Source: Octopus sinensis (lineage: Eukaryota). From it: a stretch of 64,000 nt of DNA. The DNA is taken from contig NC_043005.1 of NCBI RefSeq assembly GCF_006345805.1, forward strand, positions 33,542,001 through 33,606,000, written 5' to 3'. Numbering within the stretch: the first letter of the stretch is position 1; every line of letters begins with the position of its first letter. The position numbers and the translations under genes were made by a program. Shown here in pieces: positions 49,076 to 63,084 of this stretch. The notes beneath the pieces are model-generated. The model saw nothing but the letters and a program-made list of their open reading frames with translations. It was not told where the DNA came from and searched no databases.

Positions 49076-52008
49076 ATTAAAGCATATTGTTGATACACTT
49101 GCAATATAAATGTTTAATTTATAACAAGTTATTGAAGTGGGCACATTTTCCCCTCCACAACTATATACTCTCCTACAAGGTGCCATCCCACTCAAAAAAC
49201 CTGAAAGAAAGGGATTTCTTTCTGTTATCATTTTGACAAACATTAAATATCATAATTCAGTACTCAATCAGTTTTTGTATATTTCTTCAAGATTCAAAGG
49301 ATATTAAAAGTGAAATTAAAACTTTAGGAAAAGGAAATTTTCTGTCTCCTCTGCAACGGCACATATTTTGTGTTCTGCAGCATCAGAAGACGGTAATATA
49401 AAAAAAGTCATACAGTGGCACAGGTGACTTTGTAAAAACTAGAAGCTTCACTGCCCAAATGTAATTAGTGCTTAGTAAAAAATTAACAATAACCACGGTT
49501 GAAAATATTGGTGACCCAGGGAAGGAACAGTGATTTATGGCTTAAAATATGTACAACTTGTTTTTAAAATGATAGAAAAATCACTGAAGGAAGTTTGATG
49601 ACTGTAGTAAGCAGACTGAGCAATAAGACATTTCACTGGCTCTGAAAACACGAGAAGGCCAGTAGGCTAAAGTAAAAATATAGGAATCTGAAATGCAATG
49701 CAAAACTTTAAAAAATTCTTGTACAGTGGAAATTCTTTTCTTTTCCCTCTCTTTGAAGGTTGGGTCCAAATCAATTACTTCTTGATTTGAATTATCTTAA
49801 TTTTGATTTTAATATCCAAAATGAAATTGAATAAGTGAAGATGAAAAAAAAAAAATACTGATTTCTTTTACCGACTATAAGGGCTGAGAAGTACGAGGGC
49901 AATACAAAGATAAAATACAAGCCTAAACAAAATTTGATTTGTATTGAGTTGAAAAAAATCAGCAAATAAAAAAAACAAATTTAAAAAATGTTACTCATCA
50001 AGATGTGTGTGGAGACTATATAGAGTAATTCTGAGGTAAACTACACACATGACTGAATTATTCTACCACATCCAAAACATCAGAAGTTCCCTCTCCCAAT
50101 TTCTTTATTCCTACTTAGAAAAGCATACTAAGAGTAAACCCATTCAGTCTCATGAGACTTGCTACTCTCACCCACCTTTTCTTAAATTATATTAAAAAGT
50201 AGTGCCCCTCTCTCTCTATCTATCTATTTGCACCTTTTTTTTTTCAAGTGGTACTTGAAGAAGTTGATGAGGGCTTGACCAGAGAAAAAAATACCAAGTT
50301 TCAAACCTTTCAAATGAATCTATTCCACCACTTCTTTCATCATAGCAACCAGATAGAGGAAGATTAGCTGCACTTCCCTGTGAAAGGAAGATGGCATGGT
50401 CAACTATGGACTTAACTGATAGCTAAATCTATTGTGTGTAACAGTAACTTTGTGACTAGCCCACCAGTCTCTGAATGGTAGCATGCAAAGCAGCTTTGCA
50501 TCTTGATTCAGCTGTTGGCATTTCTATATCTGTAGATCTTATCTCTCACTGAGAATGACTACCTGTAGCAATGCTATACCAAGGGCTTTTGGAAGTTAAT
50601 CTATAACCTCCAACTTGAAAGACCTCCAAAAGAGATAGCTCAAACTGTTCTTGTCAAAGTTCAGAGCCATTCTCAGGTCACTGTTGCTCATACTCTCCAT
50701 AGAAAGTATAACTTATTTTCCTGCTAACAGCATCCCCAGTTGGTAAAGTGCTGTAAGTCTTTGTAACATTTAAAATGCCAACCACCCAACCCTGGTCTAA
50801 TGCCAAAAGGTACCCAGACCAGTTCACCTGTTTCTTAATCACTGTTGTAGTTAGCATTGCTAAAGTCAAAATATTTCAGCAGGAGCATGAGCCTCAGTGT
50901 GAATCTTTCACATCATCATCAACAGCATACTGAAACACAAATTGGGTGTTGATAGTAGATACATTCTTTGTAGCAGAACTTGACCCTTCCATAAGTGACA
51001 GATGACAACAACAACAACACAGACAAAATAATAAATAAATAAATAAAAATAACACAAACAGAACTACAAAACATATTAAAGAAATGGAGAGAAAAACTAC
51101 TCCATGATCAATACCTTACATGGCTTGACAGAGAAGATGTGAGCCTAAGTAAAGACTAACAATAGCTGGGAACAATGTTTAGGGTGGGACGAGGTAGGCA
51201 TGAATGGGGGAGTATGCAGTGTACTAGTCCAGAGGAGTAGTAGTAATAAAAGACAGAAAAAACAGCATATTTGTAATAATGTAATAATAATGAATGTCGT
51301 TATCAATAATTTAGCTGGATAGTTCCTTTGGGGTACAACCTAGAACATTTGTGTGAAAAGTACACTAGTTTGGGTTTGGGAGTGTCAGCATCTGATTAGA
51401 GCCCAAGTATATTCAGGCCCTTATGTGATAGCCTACTCACTCTTTGGTATACGTTTATTTTCACAAGGTAACAATAGTTGCCACATGAGATCAGGTTTTC
51501 TTCATGAATGAAATCAAGTATCATTAAATTCAATATAAGCACAATGTTATATAATAAAGCAACTAACTTTATTATGAGCAATTAATAATTGTACTACTCT
51601 ATATGAAGAATAAATTTTTGATGTTTAGTGATGAGAGGAGGCAGTGTGGCACAAAACTGTTTGGCCCCTATGTGTTGGGCTGTTGAAAGAACCTATCCTC
51701 ATTCATACACAACTAGTGTGTTTGTCTACCAGAGGCAGTACAGGTCTGGCATGATTGGTCTGGGTTGCAAGTTTTTTTAAACTAAGAACTCAAACCTAAT
51801 GGTAATGACTTATAAAAAGATCCCTGTCTTCCCCCAATATGGTGATCATTAAATATAAAAGAAAATTATAGCTAATACAAATGCTGCATGAACAATTTAG
51901 TTGTTTACACTTCAACACAATTCTGAATACATGAAATAATGCTAAACTAAAAAAAATTCAACTTAACAGTGATACCAAATATTGACTGAATGTGAAATAG
52001 TTCTCTCC

Positions 52009-52048
<40 letters not shown>

Positions 52049-54182
52049 AAAGTTGTTCTTTTCTCTCTGAGATATGTATAAAAATGGGAAATTCCAGACT
52101 ACAGGAAACTAATTTCAATAAGTTCTTGATGCATTTTGTTTCATAAGTGGATCTAAAATCCTGTATTTAACATAAGTTGATTAAATATTTGTCTAAGATA
52201 GTACAAAATATGATTATTTATTGGCTAATCTATAACTGTATTGGTATGAACACAGAATGTAAAAGAAATGACAGAGGCAAATGAATGTACATCAGAATGG
52301 GGGAAGTGGGTATTTGCAGTAGTATCTGACCAAGACAGACTCTAAATGATATGATTAGATTTAACGTGAGGATATTGGTTCTCAAGAATTCAATGATTTC
52401 TGGATAAAGATGCCCAGAGAAATAAATGCTTTATGCAGACCTGTATATTAATTCATGGCAGCACAGAAGAATGAAAATATTAATACGATTATGATGGAGA
52501 AGGAAAAGTAATCTTTTTTAATCTCGATATTCTACTTTACTTCAGCGAAAGGAAATGGTTAATAGAGACTGAGTCAAATGTAATAAAAGTGCACTGCCTT
52601 GAATGTCATCTATAGAAGAGGTTGAACTCATAACCTTTGACACATTAATTCAGCTGTGACTCATTTTACAACAAATTAAATTAAGGCAGTTTGTGAACTC
52701 CATATAAATCAGCAAGTGAACCCCACTTGTCTATAATTTTAAAGCTGTCTTTATTTTATTTTAAAAGTAAAAACAAGAGATAATATTAGTTCCACTTTCT
52801 AAGACAAACAATATGCAAAATGGTATATTAAATTTTTTTTTTTTTTTTTCAGTATCAACATATCATATACAAAAGTAATTAACCCTAACAATGCAATCTT
52901 GAGGTTGAATTTAGTGCAAGTCTTTTCCTGGGTTTTGGTAAACTACCAGATCTGAAAGTTCACTTGAATGATAATGGGGGGGAAGTCATTCTCTTTCAGA
53001 ATAAGTATGGGATATCACCCCCACCCTTTTTTTTTCAAACCTTTTTTTCAAAAGATCCACTGAACAAATTTGTCCATACCTTGGATATGGATGGATTTAA
53101 TAACACAGATTCTGACCAGTAACTAAATAATTTCTAAGGGAAAACATAGACAGAATGAAAGTCACATTTTTGATTGGCAATTTTGAAACTTTCATTTAAA
53201 GAACTTTTGAGAGCAGCTGCAAAGCTGTTTCATTAAATTTTAAAATTAGAAATATCACAAAGAAAAAAGCTTTTTTTAAATATCTTATTTTCCTATACAC
53301 TACAAGGTGTGAGTGTATTTAAAGATATATTATATATATATACATACATATACAGAGAGAGAGAGAGAGAGAGAGAGAGGTGTTCACTTTCATTTCCAAG
53401 TTACTAACGTTTTGTACAATAAAAAGATTCTGACAAGAATCCAAGGAAAAGTAAAACATTTTCTTTTGAAGGTAGATTAAACAAACTATATATGGAAAAT
53501 AATTCAATGGGAGAATAGATATTACAACAAAAACAACCAATTATTGAAGCAACAACACTGAATAAGCCTTGGTAAAATGAATAATATATTATGAAAAGGC
53601 AAGCAAGAGAATCTCTGAAAGAAAATACAGTTCCAGATGAGTCATTGTGAAGTGACTATAAGATAAAGAAGTTTTTCTCTTCTTTCAATGATTTTACAGG
53701 GAAATAACAACCCCCTACACACACACACCACCTCAACCAACTGCTGCCAACCTTCAGCAAGCAAGCCAGCAACAATTCCTGACTCAGCAGTGGTTGGTTG
53801 GTAGGTAGGCTGGTTGGTAGATAGGTAGACTAATTCAAACCCATATAGTAAACTAGCAGTAAAGTAAAGTAGACTGGGAGAGGCAGTGCAATGGGGCAAA
53901 GTACTGTCAGATAATTCACACACACACATTTCCGTGTGTATGTATGTGTGGATAGGCAGAGCAAGTAGTTTATAAAATGTCAGACATGCAACTGGTCTGT
54001 CACCAATTTTCTTAAATGTAAACAATCTGCCCCCACCCCAGCCATTCTCCAACAATCTTAATAATGTGTAGGTGGAAGGAACTACCAAGTAAGTAAACTG
54101 AGTGAAGGGAGAGAGATTTAGGAAGTAACTGGTGGTTGTGGCTTAGTAGTAGTAGTAGTTATAGCAGCAGTAGTAACATTAT

Positions 54183-54217
<35 letters not shown>

Positions 54218-54295
54218 TAACTGTGATGATAATTCCTCCCTATTTCATATAAAGGGATTACTTGAAATAATATAAGAATAATAAATAAACAATAA

Positions 54296-54449
54296 CGTGG
54301 CTGTGTGGTAAGTAGCTTGCTTACCAACCACATGGTTCCGGGTTCAGTCCCACTGCGTGGCACCTTGGGCAAGTGTTTTCTACTATAGCCTCAGGCCGAC
54401 CAAAGCCTTGTGAGTGGATATGGTAGACGGAACTGAAAGAAGCCTGTCG

Positions 54450-54480
<31 letters not shown>

Positions 54481-54833
54481 TTGTCCCCCCCAACAGGTAA
54501 GTAGCTTGCTAACCAACCACATGGTTCCGGGTTCAGTCCCACTGCGTGGCACCTTGGGCAAGTGTCTTCTGCTATAGCCTCGGGCTGACCAAAGCCTTGT
54601 GAGTGGATTTGGTAGACGGAAACTGAAAGAAGCCTGTTGTATATATGTATATATATATGTATGTGTTTGTGTGTCTGTGTTTGTCCCCCGTCACTTAGCG
54701 GTTCGGCAAAAGAGACCGATAGAATAAGTACTGGGCTTACAAAGAATAAGTCCCGGGGTCGATTTGCTTGACTAAAGGCAGTGCTCCAGCATGGCCGCAG
54801 TCAAATGACTGAAACAAGTAAAAGAGAAAAGAG
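54296..54833 (+). mobile_element. Young S1 SINE with a tandemly duplicated head
   Basis: Head plus microsatellite plus ttgtccccc at 54296-54495 and again from 54496, followed by a single tail ending gaaacaagtaaaagagaaaagag. Confidence 0.92.
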
Positions 54834-55540
54834 AATATATTGTGTTTGATTAAAAAGATGTGATAACTATGGCTGGAATGCCTTTCATTATGAGTCTGTT
54901 TGATCAAGCTGACCTGTGTCTAAACAACCTCAAATTTTTTTCAAGTGAGGGTCAGCGAGTTATTGAATAGTGAGTGAACTGGTCCACTTACCTACAACAG
55001 GTAAGAGAAGAACCTAATCAGGTGAGGAAGGTTACTATGACAGGTCAGATGCCGAAGAAGAAAAACTGATAAGAAAAATATGAGAGAGAGAGAGAGGACT
55101 AAGAGGAGGGTGAATATTGATTTATTCAGCTGTATCAATCAGTTAGGTAAACAACTAATTTATTTACAAATTGGTTCAATAAATATATAGTGGTGCATCT
55201 AATTCCAGTGCTCAACAAAGTTATGACTGAATGAAGAGAAACATTGATTTAGTTAACTAATTAATTTAGTTATCTAATCACTCAACTTGTTCTAGTTATG
55301 GAGAGTAAGTATAAAAAAAGAGATGACCTAGTAGTAAAGCCTCCAAATAACCAAAAGTGGATCCAATATAATTAAGGTAGTTAAAATAGGGGCTGTGCAA
55401 TTAACATGGACCTCTCTTAACGAAATTTCATTTTACAATTCTATGAAGGTCTTTTCTAAAATAAAAAAAAATAAACACCAAACAAGATCATGTCTTTTCA
55501 GTTTTAAAATGTTCTTATTTGTTGCTCACTGCCATTGAAA

Positions 55541-55686
55541 CTATACCAGCCTGTACTCCTTGAAGTACAGACTAGCTTGTACTCGCTGAAGTAGACTAGC
55601 ACATACTCATCAAAGCAGACTAGCTCATACTTGTTGAAGTACACTAGCCCATACTTGTTGCAGTACACTAGCCCATACTCATTCAG
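55541..55686. repeat. Minisatellite of ~24 bp unit, about 6 copies
   Basis: Unit approximately gtagactagcccatacttgttgaa. Confidence 0.85.
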
Positions 55687-57189
55687 TTAATGGATTTTTA
55701 TTAAACCCTTTCAAGAAATTGATTAAACAATTTAGATCAAATTGTTTCAACTGAGTTTGTCTAAGCAATTAGACCGAACTTCCTCTGGGTGTGTTAAAAA
55801 TGTGAAAAAGCAAGAGAGATAATTCCAATAAAATCAACTGAATTCTTGGAAAATATAGAAAATACAGTAACATATTTGTTGGTTTTTATCAGACCTCTTT
55901 GGTGAAGTGTATTATTCTCAGTTGGCAGGACTAAGAGGTGATCAGTGCGTGTGTGCATGCTGTGATGATAATGGTCGAGGAAAAATTGACCCATGATAGT
56001 GCTCTGCATAGGTAACATATGGTGGGTGTCACCACATATGTAATATGATGAACTGACAAATTCAATTGAGGTTATACAAGCAATTAGTAGGCAAAAACTC
56101 CCTCTAAGGTTGTTTAGTATCTAACAACAAAAGATATTGATCACCTGATCTTATTAGAATTATTGCCATGTGTATCAGTTTAGATTTTGAACACCCCTAG
56201 GGGGAGTTTCTGTCTCCAAACTGCTTGGATAATCACAATTGCTCAAAGTATTTCAACTCACTATATATTAAAACCTTACTGTATTTAGTATAAGAGATGC
56301 CTGCTTGATGTGTACTTTACTTCCCAATCATATAACATTGCCTTTAGAATTATCAGATTGTAAAGCTAGTCATAAATAATCCCGAGAAAGCACATTATCT
56401 GTTGCTAAAACTACAACAAAATAGAGCTAAGTATTAGAGATTCTACCACAAAACACTGCCCAACTAGAAAATGTTATGTTTAACATTTAATGAAATAGTG
56501 TAAGCATATAATTAGGTGGCCTTATCAACTAATTGGCCAGTAGTTTTAATTAAAAGAGATAAGACAGACTCACAATCTCTGATTAGTATCTTTAAGATAT
56601 ATCAGGGTCATATCCCTAAGACAGTAGTCTCAAATTTTATCTCCTCAATTATAAGCCTGTTCTCTCATTTCTCCAGTTTACAACTTCCTGTACCAAATTA
56701 CTTACTAAAGATCTAACCCTGTATAAAAATAAGTATGGGGTCATCAATCTTCTATGTACAAATTCAGAATTTAACCCTTTCCCTTACCATATTTCTGTTG
56801 AAATGCACTGCCTTTGTTTAAACTAAGTTTTAAAATAATGAAAAATTTACTAAAGTAGCAGGCATTATTTAGCTGATGTTTACAACATGATATCATGGAT
56901 TCAGTACTGACACCACAAAAGACATCCAACAGCCTTGCAAGAGCAAAACCATAGCAACATTTCCTTTGTAACACTAAATACAACTTTTCCCCCAGACATC
57001 ACTTGTTTCACATATCCACCACCATCACTACCACATGGTGGACAATCCCCAACTTTCTTTTGATCACCAACAAAGTATCACACTCACACACATCAAAATA
57101 CTTTTAAAAGGAAAGAGATTCAAAGTTTGCAGTATTTAAATCCCCGCCTCAATCACCAAATACATACATTCAACAAAATAGTTATAGAT

Positions 57190-57950
57190 ACTTCCAGGGA
57201 AACAAAAAGAAGTATAACCCAATTACAAAACCCCAAATAACCAACCAGATTTAATCTAGGGGCAACCTGAAACAAAATAGACAGCAGAAATAAAAAAATT
57301 CAGCATCAAACAACCAAACAAGAAAATAAACAAAAACTACAAAACGCTCCCAGAAATCTGGCAAACATTGTATTCCAACTAACCATGAAACAGACTCTAT
57401 GAAAGATCTCTTCAAACAACTCTCAAAACCAACCACCAAAATTTTACTTTCCACTAAGACCATGATGTCAACCCTTTCTTCTGTCAGATGCCGTATCCAA
57501 AAAAGCAACAAGGAAAGGTAAAAACTAGAAAGCTTCAGAGCTTAACAAAATGAAAATCTTGTCAAGCTCTAAACATATACCTAAAGCATTAAAAACTTGA
57601 AGGGATCATTGCACTCTTCATCTACACATTGCCAAATTCCCAGAATCTGCCAGCTGAATATAATCAGAAAAATTTCATAACCAAGCAAAAAGACCCATCT
57701 CATGCCTATGCACTCCCTCAATGACTTTAAAAGATATTATCCTTGACATTACTAACTCACAATACACTCTCCTCTCCAAATCAAAACATGAATTCAGACC
57801 ACTACACTCAACCATCACAAAGTATATCTGATGACATCAACAACAAAAGCACCTTCGACAGATACCATTCCCACAACTACCGACATCAGCAAAGATGCTG
57901 ATTCCATTCCACTTGCATACAAAATACTCAACACTTCCTTAACCAATACA
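57190..57950 (+). mobile_element. Heavily decayed LINE-like relic
   Basis: Strong A/C strand skew typical of LINE sense strands; no clean motif recovered. Confidence 0.3.
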
Positions 57951-58184
57951 TCAAAAGATTGACTAAAATTACATCATGTGGGGTCACCCACTTTAAATAG
58001 TACAATTCCAGAATTTCCACATAATGGAAGTAAAATAAGAATAATGTTAAACCATCTAGATATGCAAAGATCACAGTTTGTTGCCACAGCAAACTTCAAT
58101 ACTTACGCTGCTACATGAGAAATCACCCCAGCCCAAATCTTCATGTATTTTACATTCTAAGCCTGAGAATTCTACACAAACACC

Positions 58185-58462
58185 CAGTGGCGGACTGGCT
58201 CGGTTGCCAGCTTGCCCAATGGCAAGTGGGCCCCTGCACCATTAGAATCCATATATGGAGGCCCATCCGCTCAAGTTTGAGAATTTTTTATTCCCTCCTG
58301 GAAGTATATATTAAATATTTCAGCCTGGGTGTGTTTGTAGACACTTGTAAAGAATATTTTTAACATTAAAAAAAAAAATTTAATTAAATGATAGCATTGT
58401 AGTTGTGGGTGGGCTCCCTCAGTCTCCTGGCAACCAATATTTTTAGACCCAGTCCGCCACTG
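58185..58462. mobile_element. Young hAT-superfamily MITE
   Basis: Perfect 14-bp TIR CAGTGGCGGACTGG/CCAGTCCGCCACTG and perfect 8-bp TSD CAAACACC (58177-58184 and 58463-58470). Confidence 0.95.
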
Positions 58463-58986
58463 CAAACACCATCTCTCTCCCACTCAGCCCCCATATAAAA
58501 TTTAAAAAAAAACATGGAAATGCTAGCAGTAGCAATATACCCAAATTCTGTGTTGGAATACACATCACCAATACAAAAGAGAAAGGAAGAGCAACTGTTG
58601 TTTGACCAAGAGTGCACCTGCCTGCCTCAGTGGCCACCACCACTGCAGGGTAGGCTGGACAGTGGAAATGGTGCAGCATTCCAAAACTTTAACACTGCAC
58701 AGAAAACAATTCTACACAGAATGGTTAGAGTGTGCAATATGGTCTTCACAGTTGAGTGAGAGTAGCTGGTCAGTTGGAAATTGGATAACTGCTTGATCAG
58801 AACTGAGCAAGGGTTACACAACAATTATCTATAATTAGTGTTAATTACCTTGTCAAGTTATCATGTTCCTTTGATTCAGCCACTACTACAAATAGGTAAA
58901 GTATAAGAGGGGAAACTTGGTATACACACACACAAACATAGCTAATGTGTGTGTGTGGCGTATGGTCATGCATGTATGCAAAGTGT

Positions 58987-59026
<40 letters not shown>

Positions 59027-59954
59027 TATGTGTGTGTTATATGTTAAGTATAAGAGGGTTTATAACCACATGGAAGTTATCAATTAGAAAACAACAGCCA
59101 GTCTTCATGCACAAACATCACTCTCCACAACTCTTTATTTACTCTTTCAGTAGGGCAACACTAAACAATCTACCAGACATAAAACATGAAGTGGAGAGGA
59201 GGAGGAGGAAGAAGAAGCAATTATTTATAAATTACAGAAGAAGAAAAACAAGAGTTTAAAAACTGTTGAAGTGATAGCAGTTGGTTGACCTTTAGATAAC
59301 ATTAACAGTAATTTGTGAACTACTGTAGAAAAAAAGAGATGAGGGAGGTAGAGGCTTATAATGGCTCTAGGCAGACACATATTCCTGTCACTGGCCAGGA
59401 GAGTAAGCCAGCATTGTATTAGAAGAGAGGTGTAGATAGCAAATACTTATAATACTCTTGACACACAAATACAAAGGTTTCAAGCCCACAAGCAGTCCAG
59501 AACTTTTCTTTTACTGGTGTCAGAGAATCCTAGCCTTAATAGAATCTAAAACTATGGAAAGCATTGTTTCAGCTTTTGACAGAAACCATATATAAGGAAG
59601 ATAATTCATTCTTTTACTGGTTCCAGTCATTGATGTGAGGCTATGCTTGAGCACCCATTTTTAATCAGTCATACTGATAATTAACAACAGTTTGGTATTT
59701 ATTTTATCAATTTCTTATCAAATGGCTTAGTTATATTTTGATATAATTGGTCACAATGCAACGTTTTTATAAGGTGAGTGTGTGGTAAGGTTGTGACTTT
59801 GAAGTTTCAGCTTGCTCTCCTTTGTTAGACTGTCAACTGAACAAAATTGGAACAATTCCAGGGCCAAGCATACAATATTGGCTTTATATAAATCTTAACA
59901 TACACACATAATTACACACACACACATATATATATGAGAGAGAAAAGGAATCAG

Positions 59955-60100
59955 TTATTCTTGTAGTATTCCAGTTGTTCAATTAACTGAGTTACCTGTT
60001 CCTGAATTAACATGTAAATGGCTGAGTACTCCATGGGCACATATGTACCCTTAATATAATTCTCAAGTAGAATCAGCATAACACAATGTGTGACAAGCCA
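59955..60100 (-). mobile_element. Decayed fragment of an S3-related SINE body
   Basis: tgtaaatggctgagtactcca...tgtacccttaa...tgacaag is the reverse complement of 13560-13700. Confidence 0.7.
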
Positions 60101-60644
60101 TTGTGTCATGCAATAACAAATACAATACATTTGATGGGCTTCTATACAGTTTCCATCTCACAACATATGGGTCAACCTGAGGCTACAGAGAATAAATGAT
60201 ATTTGTCCAATATGCTACATAGAGGGCTTGAACCTGGGACCTGGTGGTTGTGAAACAAATATCTTAAACATTTGGCCATAGTGCACCATACGCACATGCA
60301 CAATACATATGACAGACTTCAGCACTTTCCATTTACCAAATTCCTCTTAGATGGAATTAGTCAACCCTATTAAGCAGTAGAAATCAATTGCCAATTAAAA
60401 CTGCATGGGTACATTTAAATTCTAAAATGATCTTTTCTAAATGCCATAATCCAGTCCCTCTGAATTTTTCCATTACAACTAACCTTACTACCAGTCATCA
60501 CATTCTTCCAGATGTTCATCTACATGGAGCAAGTTCTTAACTGACCACTGTCACCCCTTAATGCCCACATTACTTTGGGGTTTTTTTTTCAACACAATAG
60601 TCAGACCAATTTTTTTTACCAATACTATATAAACTATTAGTAAT

Positions 60645-60795
60645 TTCTGCTTCATCTTCAGCAATCAATGCCAGGTCATCTACAAAACCCATGTCTGTTG
60701 ATCTTGTTACCATCTCTCCAGATGAGTCCATTATGAAGACCTAGAAACTTCAGCCTAAAATAATCAACAACAGAGAGGGACTAAATGCAACTGAG
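60645..60795 (-). mobile_element. Small RT relic (RTE-like)
   Basis: SPSLLLII and DMGFVDDLALIAEDEAE motifs on the minus strand. Confidence 0.55.
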
Positions 60796-60872
60796 GCACT
60801 ACACTAAGTATTAGTAGGTAAAGCATCTCATTCATTTAACTTATCTCTACAATAACACATTCAGTAATATTG

Positions 60873-61065
60873 ATTTCAAATTTTGGCACAAAGCTAGCAA
60901 TTTCAGGGGAGGGGGTAAGTCAATAACATTGACCCTAGTGGTGTTCAACTGGTACTTATTTTACTGACCTCAAAAGAATGAAAGGTAAAGCTGACCTTGG
61001 TGAAATTTGAACTCAGAACGTAAAAATGGGCAAAATACTGCTAAGCATTTTGCCTAGCATGCTAC
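60873..61065 (-). mobile_element. SINE family S2
   Basis: tttcaaattttggcacaa...caactggtacttatttt...atgaaaggtaaag...tttgaactcagaacg. Confidence 0.85.
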
Positions 61066-62589
61066 TATTGACTGCATCTCATTTCTAAGTCAATTTTCTT
61101 TAGATAGTAAGGGAGGGGGAACCTCAAAGAAAAAAAAAAAAAAATCACTCTTCGTGCAAGAATTCCCTATAATTATGTTACTAACTGAATTAGGTCTTCA
61201 CATACATTCATTATCAAGGTGTTTCTAAATGTGTGCGTGTGTGTGTGTGTATGCACTTATTTGCATGTAACTGCATGCTGGTGCAAGTATGTGTGTGAGA
61301 TATTAGTAAAAAGGATCTGAACTGATCAAAAATAAGATTAAAAAAGAAAAGAAAGAAAACAAATTCTGCCTGTCTCCACTCATCCACTTGTCATGTAAAC
61401 CTGTCTGAAGGCACACGTACATGCATAAAGAAACTAAAACAAATAATAATAAAAACAGACTTAGTTGTTTCCTAATGGAAAATGGTAATATTTGTGTTGA
61501 GCGAGAATCAATGAAATAACTTCCAAGTAATCAGTAACGGAATAGAACCATTATGGTACCGAGCCATGAGTAATATTGGAATCTGTCTTAATAAAAAAAT
61601 ATGTAAATAAGAACAGAAACATGCAGAATGCCTGACTTGGTGAATGGCCTACACATTCATTCAGAACAAACATGCAAATATGCAAGAGAAACAACCAAAG
61701 CCACAGACAAAGATCTGTCTACAGATTCTACCTGTGTTTTTTCTCTTTTTCTTTTTTGTTTCCAACCCCCCACTCCACCCCCATCACTTGTCAGTGTTTT
61801 TATGATTCACTTTTAAATAACAGTGTGGCCCATAAGATCTCTAGCTTTATAGTTCCAATATTATTTCTGTTTCCACATTTGGAATCAATTTTAATTTGCC
61901 CAGTTACAACAGAAATATAAGAAATACAATTAAATGCAATAAAAAAAAACAAATAAAATCATTAACAAAAAATTGGGGGGGGGGGTAACTTTAGCATTTG
62001 CAGAGGAAAAAACTATTTTGAATAAAACTTCTGTCTTACTCTTCAGGAAATATTCTCTCACCATAAGTTGTGAACTTGCTCAAAAATAAATTTTTACACA
62101 CACATACACACTTGCTCTCACATCTCACCTCCCCCCCACACACACACAATCACTGTCACTTTCTCTCTTCCTCTGCCCAACCACTTTCTTTCTCTCACAC
62201 ACACACACACACACAAAAACCCTAAAATAATGGAGGCTAAATCAAGTGACTTCTTTTTACAATTTTCAAACTTCTACACTCATTTCTATTGACACCAGAA
62301 ACAATGTGGAGTAACTACTTCCACTGAACCTACCTTGCCCTACAAATTTGAATACCTGCATACAAAAAGTCCCAGTATAAACACAGAGAATCACATGATA
62401 CATGCAAGGCATGAGTCCATAATTTTAAAGTGATGGTATTAAACTCCAAAAAGGAATCTTTCCCTGTGAAGGACACCTGTCTATTACATATAATGTTTCC
62501 AAATGGGGTCCACTTTCAACATCTAGGTGAACTAAAAGCAAGTGGAATTGTTAACAAAATTTCTGAGTTCACCGTTCAATACCAAACAG

Positions 62590-62940
62590 ATTTGGCCAGT
62601 GATGAGCTATAGGTACGGCTGTGTGGTTAAGAAGCTTGCTTCCCAACCATGTGGTCTTGGGTTCAACCTCATCAAGCGGTACTTTGGGCAAGTGCCTTCA
62701 ACTATAGTCCAGGATCATCTAAGTTCTTGTGAGCAGTTTTGGTAGACTGAAAGAAGCCCATTTCAATATGTGGGTGGGTGTATATCTATCTATCTATCTA
62801 TATTTATATTTATACACACAGACATACATACATAAACATAAGTAGCAGTGGAAAAGTACTGGCGTCAATTCATTTGACTAAAAAACTTTTGCAAGGCAGT
62901 CATGGATGCAGTCTAATGACTGAAACAAGTAAAGAACAAA
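62590..62940 (+). mobile_element. Decayed S1 SINE (head, microsatellite, partial tail)
   Basis: ggctgtgtggttaagaagcttgcttcccaaccat...tttgggcaagtg...atgactgaaacaagtaaag. Confidence 0.8.
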
Positions 62941-63084
62941 AGGTACAAGTCACTGAATTATTCATATTGAGAAGTATCCTTGGGTTGTGATAATTCCCTA
63001 CTTTTTCAGGGATATGGTGGCCAATCAGCACTATTAAAAACGTCTGAACAAAATAAATCTTTCTCCAATTTCCAACAAATATCT

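Noticed and set aside
48623-49243. 206-aa minus-strand ORF
   Set aside because: Antisense read-through across the HERO tail and the Sola relic.
50560-51000. Moderately GC-rich unique stretch with short minus-strand frames
   Set aside because: Multiple stops, no recognisable family and no clear splice pair.
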